Shown piece after piece: positions 37,283-46,694 of a DNA stretch of 64,000 nucleotides; position 1 is the stretch's first letter, and each line of letters begins with the position of its first letter. The notes beneath the pieces are model-generated. The model worked only from the letters and a program-made list of their open reading frames with translations. It ran no database searches and was not told the DNA's origin. The position numbers were made by a program, and so were the translations under genes. This stretch comes from Minisyncoccota bacterium (GTDB lineage Bacteria > Patescibacteriota > Minisyncoccia > Phycocordibacterales > UBA918): the NCBI GenBank assembly GCA_937975855.1, contig CALJTT010000004.1:5583-69582 (forward strand). The letters are read 5' to 3'.

Positions 37283-39184
37283 CTAGCCAGTCCAGTTAAA
37301 CAAGAGAATCGAGAAGTCTGTCAGACTGACTCTGCCATCTTGGTTTATATCTGCCGGTGGATCTGAATCCCCACCATCAGTTTCCCACCAAAATAACATG
37401 ATGGAAAAGTCTATCAAGTTAACAAACCCGTCACGGTTCAGGTCAGGATGAAGTGGTAGGTCGGCGCTCTGTCCAATTCCATAAAATTCATAATCCGAAA
37501 AGTTAGTAAAGGCAGCACCTTCTTGTTGTGCTTTTGCTCGAACTCTATATGTATCGCGTGCAAAACCAGTAGTTGTCAGTGTTGTACTGTACGACCCACT
37601 ACTGTCAGAAACTGCTACCAACTGAACAGTATTGGCACCGCTACTACGACCCGTTTCTAGTGTAATTGTTGCGTTGGGCAATGCGTACCCAGAAATAGTG
37701 ACAACCTCCCCCGCTTCCGCCGGATCAGGATCGACGTTGATTGATGGTGTGATATTAATATTGGAAAGTCTGGATGCTCTAGCTCCACTTATGGTAAATG
37801 ATGTGCTGTATGTACCTGAAAAATCACCAGTCCGATCCGTCGCGTACACGCCAAAAGTGTAGGCTCCACGTGCAATTTCGTCGATTATAATCGAGTACGA
37901 CCCGTCTGCTTTGGCGGTTACTGTATCGGCAATCTGTCCATCTACTAATATAGTGACCTCTGAGCCAGGAAAAGCCATACCAGAGAGAATAAGTCTACCG
38001 TCGCCACTTTCGTACGGACCGTCGCCGTCCTCAAAACCACCACCTGAGCCACCACCTGAGCCACCGCCTGAGCCACCGCCACCACCGGAGGACCCACCAC
38101 TAGAACCTGTAGAGCCGCCCACGTTTCCAGGGTCAGTTCCGTCACCGGCACCGGTACCATCTGTATTACCGCTACCGGTATCCCCACTTCCTGTACCGCC
38201 ATCTCCCAACCCTGCTCCTGGACCTCCAATTTCACCGTCTTCGTTAGGGGTTCCTGTGTTATTAGTGTCCGCCACTATGAACTGAATCAAATAGTCGTCG
38301 ATGTTCTCATTACCTTCATCATCGATACATCTGACGTACACCTGCACTACGGAAGCTGGAGTAATAGGAACGACGGCTGTGTGGGTAATCAGACCTGTGT
38401 TGTCAAACGAATTTGGTTGTGAAAAATATGGTGTACCAGATGCACTACTCCATCGACAGATGGCAAATTCGTCTGTTTCCAAAGAAACTTCAATAGACAA
38501 ACTGGTGCCAGGGAAAACCGCCAGCGTGCCCGAGGCTGTCGTTGTAGGCTGACCGTTAAAACGAAGTGGTGGGATCGTTTCTGTGGTGTCTGCGTTGACA
38601 GAAATTTTTTGATTCAAAAAAACCAGAAACCGAGCATCTGCGATACTTGTGCCGTCAACAATTTTTAAAGGAATCGAATGCGAACCTAGTACCGAACTGT
38701 TTTTAATTGGCTCAATATCTGTAACAGTTGTGGTTCCAGCAGAAAATCCATGAAGGGAACCTGACGTATGCTCACCGACCCGAAGTTCGACGCGAGCGCC
38801 TGGCGAAATTGTTAAATCGCTTGCCAATGTGTATCGCACAACACCGCCTGCACCCCTTGTAATATCAACGCGATCCACTCCGACACCAAGCACACTGTCG
38901 GCAGCCCGGGCAGAACCGTTTACATACAACTCGACGTTTCGGGCAGAAAAAGCACTGGTCGAGGCTGTTACTTCAAAGGTTGCCGGAAAGGTTGCTTCAA
39001 TATATGAACCAGGATTAATGGTCACATCTGGAACAAAGGAGAATGTATGGTTTGAAAATTGGCCCGGCCCTGAGTCAGACAGCGTGTCAGAGTATTGGGT
39101 AATATTAACAGCCAAAGCCTCAGTACCAGTTAAGGCCCAAAGACACAGTGTTACAAAAAATAAGATACGAACAGGCCGCAACAT
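37283..39184 (-). CDS. Secreted protein: subunit-like N-terminal domain, Ig-like domains, Gly linker, C-terminal dockerin
   Basis: N-terminal YSDTLSDSGP...SNHTFSF motif as in the 8912 and 40864 subunits, a poly-Gly linker, and a dockerin nearly identical to that of 10284..11384. ATG 39184 is preferred. Confidence 0.8.
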   Translation of the reverse strand: MLRPVRILFFVTLCLWALTGTEALAVNITQYSDTLSDSGPGQFSNHTFSFVPDVTINPGSYIEATFPATFEVTASTSAFSARNVELYVNGSARAADSVLGVGVDRVDITRGAGGVVRYTLASDLTISPGARVELRVGEHTSGSLHGFSAGTTTVTDIEPIKNSSVLGSHSIPLKIVDGTSIADARFLVFLNQKISVNADTTETIPPLRFNGQPTTTASGTLAVFPGTSLSIEVSLETDEFAICRWSSASGTPYFSQPNSFDNTGLITHTAVVPITPASVVQVYVRCIDDEGNENIDDYLIQFIVADTNNTGTPNEDGEIGGPGAGLGDGGTGSGDTGSGNTDGTGAGDGTDPGNVGGSTGSSGGSSGGGGGSGGGSGGGSGGGFEDGDGPYESGDGRLILSGMAFPGSEVTILVDGQIADTVTAKADGSYSIIIDEIARGAYTFGVYATDRTGDFSGTYSTSFTISGARASRLSNINITPSINVDPDPAEAGEVVTISGYALPNATITLETGRSSGANTVQLVAVSDSSGSYSTTLTTTGFARDTYRVRAKAQQEGAAFTNFSDYEFYGIGQSADLPLHPDLNRDGFVNLIDFSIMLFWWETDGGDSDPPADINQDGRVSLTDFSILLFNWTG

Positions 39185-39230
39185 ACGTGAATATGTATAT
39201 TGTACCGTGCGATACTCAAAAAAAACTGTG

Positions 39231-39662
39231 CTACCCACTGGAAAGTGCAGATTCTACACTGGGGCGCGCCTGGCCTCGCGATCGAAGATAATCCAAGGCG
39301 TAATTTAGTACGATCAATATCAGTTGAACAAACAAAACGGCGGCCAGTAAATAGGTAGTTCTATTGTTACTATTTTCGTCCGCCGGTTGAGTTTCTAAGT
39401 TGAGGAAAATTTCTCGATCTTCGATTGTTGCCTCGCGCTGGTCAAGTAACAACTTTTGACGGGTCAACTCAGCAGTTATTGCATTGTATTCGGTTGGAGC
39501 TACAGAAACTGACATGCCTACATTGGCAGCCAAATAGTCGGTGGTTGTATTGAACAGTGCGGTGCTGCGCTCATCTATAAAACCACTCTGAAACATCAGA
39601 ACAGCCCCCATAACAACTGCGGATATACGTAGCACGCGTCTATATGTTTCCTGGGGTCCCAT
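39231..39662 (-). CDS. Small membrane protein (TM - strand/coiled coil - TM)
   Basis: 143 aa with two hydrophobic segments. TATAAT at 39669-39674 lies just before the ATG. Confidence 0.72.
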   Translation of the reverse strand: MGPQETYRRVLRISAVVMGAVLMFQSGFIDERSTALFNTTTDYLAANVGMSVSVAPTEYNAITAELTRQKLLLDQREATIEDREIFLNLETQPADENSNNRTTYLLAAVLFVQLILIVLNYALDYLRSRGQARPSVESALSSG

Positions 39663-39684
39663 GTCTGTATTATATCAGTACAGC

Positions 39685-40749
39685 CTAGGCAAAGAGTACC
39701 AACATAACCAACAAGAACAGAGCCAAGACAATGAGGACAGAAACAATGACCAATAAAGTAGCTGAAGATCCACCTTGCCCTTTCCTTCTTATCATTCGTC
39801 GTCCAGCGTTAACCTGTGCCAAAGCCCGCCTGACGTACAACTTAACCCCGATAATAGTCACTAGCAAAATAAACGCCAGAGCTCCCAAGGCAGGACCGAG
39901 TATGTTTAGCGGTAGAATCCAGAAAGTAACTGTGTTACTCATGGTTTTGTAGGCTCCTTGATCGCCATACACTGGACTAAGGATAGCTTCGTAGCGCCCA
40001 AAACCTGCTCCGTCTCCAATCCAGTTAACATCAGCAAACTCACGAGTCTTGCCTGGAAATACACCAGCGCGAGATTCATTAAAAGTAAGCTCGCCTACTC
40101 GTTTTCCAAGTGAGTTGTGAATAACCAGTGGCCCAGCCGGTCGAACCAATACATTACCGTTGTTTTCAATTTTAACGTTAAAGTCAACGTCCTGAGCACT
40201 ATAAATAAATTTACCGGTTGAAAATTGACGAATGCTAGCTTGTTCAACCACGTCACCAGTCACACGAATGCTAAGAATGTTGGCAACCTGATAGCCAACC
40301 GCGGCGCCACTGTTTTCCATCTCAGGAGGATCGGCAGATACAAACACTCCACCGAAGTGACTACCGGGGGATGCGCCTTTTGGGACCTCGAGAGTAAATT
40401 TCACCACCTCTGTTTCACCACCCTGCAGAAAAACACTGTCAGTCGACAAGTTAATCCAGGCAGCTAATTCATAGCCTGTCTCTTCCCAATCGTCGGCAAA
40501 TATAGGAACTCCGCCATCCCCTACTGATCTAATATTACGCGTGAATAAGAAATACTGCTGCGGAGCTGAATGTAAGTTCTGGATTTCAATTTCGAAGTTA
40601 TGAAGCGTGCCAGCATCAAGAGTTTCTTCTATTACCCCCGGAGAAATAGAAACACCAGCTTCTTGTGCCGAGGCAATCGACTGTGCAAATAACAAGAACA
40701 TCAAACAAGCAATTGTGGCAATGGTTTTATAGGGAACGATACGCAGCAT
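39685..40749 (-). CDS. DUF916/DUF3324-like (WxL-interacting, PapD-like) membrane protein
   Basis: GVSISP...IQN...LAAWI...VPKGASPGSHFGGVFV, a second domain with IENNGNV, and C-terminal TMs. Directly downstream of a WxL-like subunit gene. Confidence 0.7.
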   Translation of the reverse strand: MLRIVPYKTIATIACLMFLLFAQSIASAQEAGVSISPGVIEETLDAGTLHNFEIEIQNLHSAPQQYFLFTRNIRSVGDGGVPIFADDWEETGYELAAWINLSTDSVFLQGGETEVVKFTLEVPKGASPGSHFGGVFVSADPPEMENSGAAVGYQVANILSIRVTGDVVEQASIRQFSTGKFIYSAQDVDFNVKIENNGNVLVRPAGPLVIHNSLGKRVGELTFNESRAGVFPGKTREFADVNWIGDGAGFGRYEAILSPVYGDQGAYKTMSNTVTFWILPLNILGPALGALAFILLVTIIGVKLYVRRALAQVNAGRRMIRRKGQGGSSATLLVIVSVLIVLALFLLVMLVLFA

Positions 40750-40773
40750 AAATTAATCAATTATATTCAGTCC

Positions 40774-40814
40774 AGTGTAACAGCTACTTCGTCAAATTAT
40801 TTTTGTTCTCAACA
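40774..40814 (-). promoter_or_regulatory. -10 box TACACT (40774-40779) with TTCTCAACA box (40806-40814)
   Basis: Conserved 26-nt spacing, with a degenerate box. Confidence 0.45.
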
Positions 40815-40841
40815 ACAAAACCTCCCAAAGGGAGGTTTTGT
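40815..40841. terminator. Intrinsic terminator after 40864..41991
   Basis: ACAAAACCTCCC-AAA-GGGAGGTTTTGT perfect inverted repeat. Confidence 0.75.
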
Positions 40842-40863
40842 GTCAACTTCTAATTAAGGTCAA

Positions 40864-41991
40864 TTAGAAAGTTGGTGTTGCGATGTATGTCAGGATTGTA
40901 TTGTAATCATCACCAGCTTCTTGGAATGATGTAATCTCAATTTTGTACGCTACTTCAGTTTCACCAACGTCTGCAGTTACTCCGTCAGTTGGACCATCGT
41001 GTGAGAAGATCTGACGAGGAGTTGTACTAGCGGCTACGAATAGCTGTGTGCCAAACTCGTCAGTGTTAAGGTCTGAGTCCTCAGATGTGAGTCCCCAGTG
41101 ACCCCATTCGTTTTCACCACCTGCAAGTGTTCCTGTAGGTGGAACCCAGGCTGTTGGTGTGTCAACGTAGGTCCCGTCTGTGAAGCCATCAATATCTGCT
41201 CCAGTTGACGATAGAAGGTTTTGATCTTGTTCAACCGTTACCACAAATCCGTTAATAGCATTGGTTGTAACGTTTAGCTTTTGACCTAAAACTTCTGGTA
41301 CACCAGCTACTAGCTGTGCGTAGTCGATGGTAGTTGCTGTAGTTGAACCAGTTGTTGTTTCCCCGTTAACATCAGTTGATGTTGCCAGTCCAGTTACAAC
41401 GAATTCAAATACTGTGTCTACAATCGCAGTAACGAGTACGTTATCTACGATCGCAACACGTGTACGACCTAAGTCTGCATCAGCGTTAGCTACAGCGACT
41501 TCAATTTCGTATGAGTCTCCGACACCAGCGGCATTAACTTTAGCTGGGTTAGTAATTACTCCGTCCGCGACCACAATCTCTACTACCTGCCCCGCGACCG
41601 CTGTTGCGCCGTCTACCACGATGGTGTCAGCTGTAGCGCTAACGAAAGCTCCACTGGCTACACCATCGACTGTTACTGTCACATCCCCCGCAAGAACGTT
41701 GGCAACGTCTACAAATGACTGTCCGACTGTTCCGTCGTCTTGACTGTCAAACGTAACGGTAATGTTATCAGCTGGTGCGATTCCTACACTACCTACTGGT
41801 ACTGTGAATTGAATCGTGTGACCTGACGTCTCTGATGGTGCAGAGTCTGTCAGTGTGTCGCTGATATTAGTGAGGTTAGCTGCTTGTGCGATTTGGTGAA
41901 AGCCGATAGTAGCTGTCACAACTGCACATGCAACAAGTGTCGTGACCACTCGTTGCGTAACGCCAACTTCTAAAGTTGATTTTACGAACAT
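40864..41991 (-). CDS. Secreted WxL/pilin-like surface subunit (paralog of 8912..10042)
   Basis: Shares SDTLTDSAPS, SSxTGADIDGF.DG.Y, GHWGL, HDGPTDG and Y..LTY.ATP.F with 8912..10042. Has its own long leader and terminator. Confidence 0.72.
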   Translation of the reverse strand: MFVKSTLEVGVTQRVVTTLVACAVVTATIGFHQIAQAANLTNISDTLTDSAPSETSGHTIQFTVPVGSVGIAPADNITVTFDSQDDGTVGQSFVDVANVLAGDVTVTVDGVASGAFVSATADTIVVDGATAVAGQVVEIVVADGVITNPAKVNAAGVGDSYEIEVAVANADADLGRTRVAIVDNVLVTAIVDTVFEFVVTGLATSTDVNGETTTGSTTATTIDYAQLVAGVPEVLGQKLNVTTNAINGFVVTVEQDQNLLSSTGADIDGFTDGTYVDTPTAWVPPTGTLAGGENEWGHWGLTSEDSDLNTDEFGTQLFVAASTTPRQIFSHDGPTDGVTADVGETEVAYKIEITSFQEAGDDYNTILTYIATPTF

Positions 41992-42320
41992 GTTTGTTTG
42001 TATTTATTTTTTAAATAACTACGCTCTAGTGGCCGTTGTACTGAACACTTGAACTAACTCGGTAGAGCGTTTATGGAGATGACTACTAGTTTCAAATTAT
42101 GAGAAAAACTCAGCCTGTGAAATTTAGTTGCCCGCTTCTACCGATCTGTCTTTAGTATATTCTGTCTTTATTAAACTGTCCTAAATGTGCTGTTGATAAC
42201 TCTTATTGTGTGACCTTGTGTCGGATAAAATCCTTTGTTTATGAACAGTTTGTGGGCATCTTGTCGGACGTGGCGGATATAACACTTCAAGTACAAATGT
42301 CTGATATTTACTTTAACTGC

Positions 42321-43577
42321 TTAGCTAGCAGTCACAACCGGCACTTCTGACCACTGTGTCGTATAAGAATTACTACGCGCGGCAGACTTGGATTGCCAGA
42401 GAGGTTGCTTTAGGCGCGATCCAACTTGTACCAATTCCCTATCCGCATTTTTGTTTAGTTTATCGAGTGCTGCAAACAAAGGGTCGTTGTCATTTGGAAG
42501 GTCCTTCAGAAAGAGTGAGTTCTGGGTCAAGTCCGTAGACTGAATACCTGAAACTATAACTCCTACGCTCTGATATGGAACCTCTGACTCGTACAGTTCT
42601 ATAAACAATGTTTCCGCGGCTTTTATTATCTCAAAAGTGTCGTTGGTGGAATGCTGCAGGACCAGTTCCTTAGTGCCGCCGCGCAAGAAAAAATCACCAT
42701 GACGACTGGTTTTAAGGGAAACTCTCACTACTGCACTTTTCGCGTTCATAGCGCGCAAATCCAGCGCTACAGAACGTGCATGGTGCGCTAAGGCGTCCAG
42801 TATAATATCCTTATTTTCCGTACTTTTAGAGAAAGAACGTGTACTCATCAGACTCTTCTGCAACGGACGCTTACTACCCACCTGGTGTATATATTCACCG
42901 AGGAGCTCAGCATGCAGACGAGCGCCCACCACGCCATAAATTTGCTGAATTATCGCTTTGTCAGTATTACAAAAGTCAGCAACGGACTTCAGGTCATCTT
43001 GAGCAAATTTTTGAGCTAACTGTCGGCCAACACCCCAAACTGTTGAAAGTTGTAAATCTTCACTTAGGGCAACCCATCCCGACTCTTGTAATACATTTAC
43101 TCCAGAAGCTTTCTTGGCTAGGTCGGTACTAATCTTTGCCAGTGTCTTTGAGGAGGCAACGCCAAGAGACACAGGCACACCGACCTCTCTCAATACTCGA
43201 TCCCTGACATTTTTAAGTGAGCTCAAAGTTTCGTTATTGTTCTCGATCAAGAAGAATGCTTCATCAACAGAGTACTGTTCTACAACAGAAAACTCGTCTC
43301 TCACAATATCAAAAACCCGACGTGAGATATCTCGATACAAAGTTAGATTGCCAGAAAACGTTTGTATACCTTTGTCTTTTATAATGTCCTTGATCTTAAA
43401 GTAAGGGACACCCATTGGTATTCCAATGTCCTTTACTTCCTGAGACCTGGCGACGACACACCCGTCGTTTGACGAAAGTACGAGTGTCGGGTGATTTAGT
43501 AAATCTGGTCGGAACAGTCGTTCGCAAGAAACGAAGAAATTATTACAGTCCACTAATCCAACCGAAACCTTCTTCAT
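42321..43577 (-). CDS. umuC: Y-family DNA polymerase V catalytic subunit
   Basis: LVDCNNFFVSCE, VLSSNDGCVVARS, YSVDEAF and a C-terminal YTTQW (DUF4113-like). ATG 43577 overlaps the umuD stop (ATGA). Confidence 0.9.
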   Translation of the reverse strand: MKKVSVGLVDCNNFFVSCERLFRPDLLNHPTLVLSSNDGCVVARSQEVKDIGIPMGVPYFKIKDIIKDKGIQTFSGNLTLYRDISRRVFDIVRDEFSVVEQYSVDEAFFLIENNNETLSSLKNVRDRVLREVGVPVSLGVASSKTLAKISTDLAKKASGVNVLQESGWVALSEDLQLSTVWGVGRQLAQKFAQDDLKSVADFCNTDKAIIQQIYGVVGARLHAELLGEYIHQVGSKRPLQKSLMSTRSFSKSTENKDIILDALAHHARSVALDLRAMNAKSAVVRVSLKTSRHGDFFLRGGTKELVLQHSTNDTFEIIKAAETLFIELYESEVPYQSVGVIVSGIQSTDLTQNSLFLKDLPNDNDPLFAALDKLNKNADRELVQVGSRLKQPLWQSKSAARSNSYTTQWSEVPVVTAS

Positions 43578-44014
43578 ACCAAACGCCGCAGAGTGCCAGT
43601 AACCACACCCCATACGTGAACATCATCAGCGTCACCAATGGGAATCGGTGCGTAACCTTCTTTGGCTGAAACCAGCTTACTCTGTGATGAAGTTTTATAT
43701 AACTGCTTAACGACAAGTTCACCGTAGACTGCCGCCACAACTATGGACAGATGTTCCGCTGGAACTGAACGATCTACTACCAAAACATCTCCGTCAAAGA
43801 TTCGCTTTCCTTCCATAGAGTCACCGCTGACACGCACAAAGAAAGTCGCAGTCTCGTTATCGATCATTAGATCATTTAAATTCAAAGGTCTTTCAACCAC
43901 ATCGTCGCCAGGAGTTGGAAAGCCAGCCGCTGGCTGTACGTCGTACAAAGGGGCTTCCACACCATCCACCTCCGCCTTGTTTACCTTTGTGACATTCGAG
44001 TCAGTTACTTTCAT
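43574..44014 (-). CDS. umuD: DNA polymerase V accessory subunit, S24 peptidase
   Basis: AAGFP cleavage site, GDSM Ser, VVKQL Lys, and VWGVV. ATG 44014 is preceded by TATACT. Confidence 0.88.
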   Translation of the reverse strand: MKVTDSNVTKVNKAEVDGVEAPLYDVQPAAGFPTPGDDVVERPLNLNDLMIDNETATFFVRVSGDSMEGKRIFDGDVLVVDRSVPAEHLSIVVAAVYGELVVKQLYKTSSQSKLVSAKEGYAPIPIGDADDVHVWGVVTGTLRRLV

Positions 44015-44081
44015 TCTTATGAGTATATATGAGTATATAAAAACTGCACTTTGTGCAGCATCAACACCCACGTAAATTTGA

Positions 44082-45239
44082 CTAGATCACTATTGCCCCG
44101 CTGGTCAAAGTTGTGTGTACAAACCACAGTCCCCCAACCCCGGCCAGCAACGCCAGACTGTAGGCTGCCTGGACATAGTGTAGTCGTCTCACTTCACCAA
44201 CCAACGCTGCGCACAACAGTAGTAAGATCACACCAATAAGGCCAGAGTAGACAACATCCAGCACCAGATTAGGCCTGGTTGCAACTGAAGCTATTGTTGC
44301 TCCAGGGTAACGCTCTTCTATTTTAATTTCCTCGGTGAACATAGCTACCGCTAGTCCCGACGAAGTTGCCAGCTGTGACTGAATGACCAGCACGTCATTA
44401 GCTGGCTTAGGGCGGGCTGGCTCTGTGGCTGGTGGGGCTGGTTCAACAACAGGAAGTTCTGGTTTTATTGTGTCTTCTGCAGACAAAACTACTGTCTCTG
44501 GGGCTGGTTCATTTGCTGGCAGCGTTGGCGTAGATTGCTCTAATTGAACAACTGCCTGTTGCAGTCCTTCCAGCTGAGTCCGAAGTAGTGCTAATTCATC
44601 AGGTGAGGCAGGTGACTGTCCTTGTTGTTGTGGGGCATCTATCGCAGTTGGCAATATTGTCGGCTGAGGTTCTTGCACATTGTCAGCGAGCGCACCAACT
44701 GCAGGCGTACCAAACAGCTGCACAACAAACACTGTGTCATATCCGTCAAATTTTCCCTTGGCAGTTCCAACACCGATCTCTGTGTAATTAGCGTTTACAA
44801 TGTTCTCTTTATGGGCCGGTGAGTCCATCCAAGCGCCGACCAACTCGGCCGAGTCAGTAAAATGGATCGCCAAGTTTTCGCCTGCATGAGCATATTGATA
44901 GCCAACTCCTTCAAAAAAATACCAAGGGGAAGTCCCATCTGGAGCAAAATGCGCAAAGTAGCCTTGTTTTACCATATGTTCAGCCTTTGCTTGGGCGGCG
45001 GCGTCGAGACTAGAATTACGCCGTAAAGGTGCGGCAGCATAACCACCTCGCTCACTATTAGTGAGATCCACCACCACAGCCGGCAAAACTGTACCGACCA
45101 GCCAATCTGAGGATTGCCACAAAAGAGCCTGGATGTTCGTACCGACAAAAGTCAGCACGACAAGCGCCGCCATCAGCGTCACTGCAGCCTTTTCTAACCT
45201 ATCAAGGCTGTGACTATAATCTGGTTCAAACCACTGCAT
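44082..45239 (-). CDS. CAP/SCP domain membrane protein
   Basis: LTNSER...LDAAAQAKAEHM...YFAH...AGENLA...WMDSPAHKENI...EIGVG...VVQLFG, plus C-terminal TMs. Confidence 0.9.
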   Translation of the reverse strand: MQWFEPDYSHSLDRLEKAAVTLMAALVVLTFVGTNIQALLWQSSDWLVGTVLPAVVVDLTNSERGGYAAAPLRRNSSLDAAAQAKAEHMVKQGYFAHFAPDGTSPWYFFEGVGYQYAHAGENLAIHFTDSAELVGAWMDSPAHKENIVNANYTEIGVGTAKGKFDGYDTVFVVQLFGTPAVGALADNVQEPQPTILPTAIDAPQQQGQSPASPDELALLRTQLEGLQQAVVQLEQSTPTLPANEPAPETVVLSAEDTIKPELPVVEPAPPATEPARPKPANDVLVIQSQLATSSGLAVAMFTEEIKIEERYPGATIASVATRPNLVLDVVYSGLIGVILLLLCAALVGEVRRLHYVQAAYSLALLAGVGGLWFVHTTLTSGAIVI

Positions 45240-45264
45240 ATTGTTGCTATACTAGCACTATTGT

Positions 45265-46638
<1,374 letters not shown>

Positions 46639-46642
46639 TACA

Positions 46643-46686
46643 AACAAAAACAGCCAGTGACCTTTTGGCCACTGGCTGTTTTTGTT
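46643..46686. terminator. Bidirectional terminator between convergent genes
   Basis: AACAAAAACAGCCAGTG...CACTGGCTGTTTTTGTT. Confidence 0.85.
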
Positions 46687-46694
46687 ATTTATAG

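Noticed and set aside
10284-37450. Similar dockerin 3' ends as a DGR template/variable-repeat pair
   Set aside because: Both copies are coding and differ at many synonymous, non-adenine-specific positions. No reverse transcriptase is present in the window.
4549-39184. Cellulosome interpretation of the cohesin/dockerin genes
   Set aside because: No dockerin-bearing enzyme or multi-cohesin scaffoldin is present. The cohesins are single and TM-anchored.
4527-42247. DnaA-like boxes as a replication origin
   Set aside because: The boxes are dispersed singly at promoters, not clustered, and there is no dnaA or dnaN nearby.
42321-44014. umuDC as a marker of a mobile element
   Set aside because: No flanking integrase, transposase or att-like repeats were seen.
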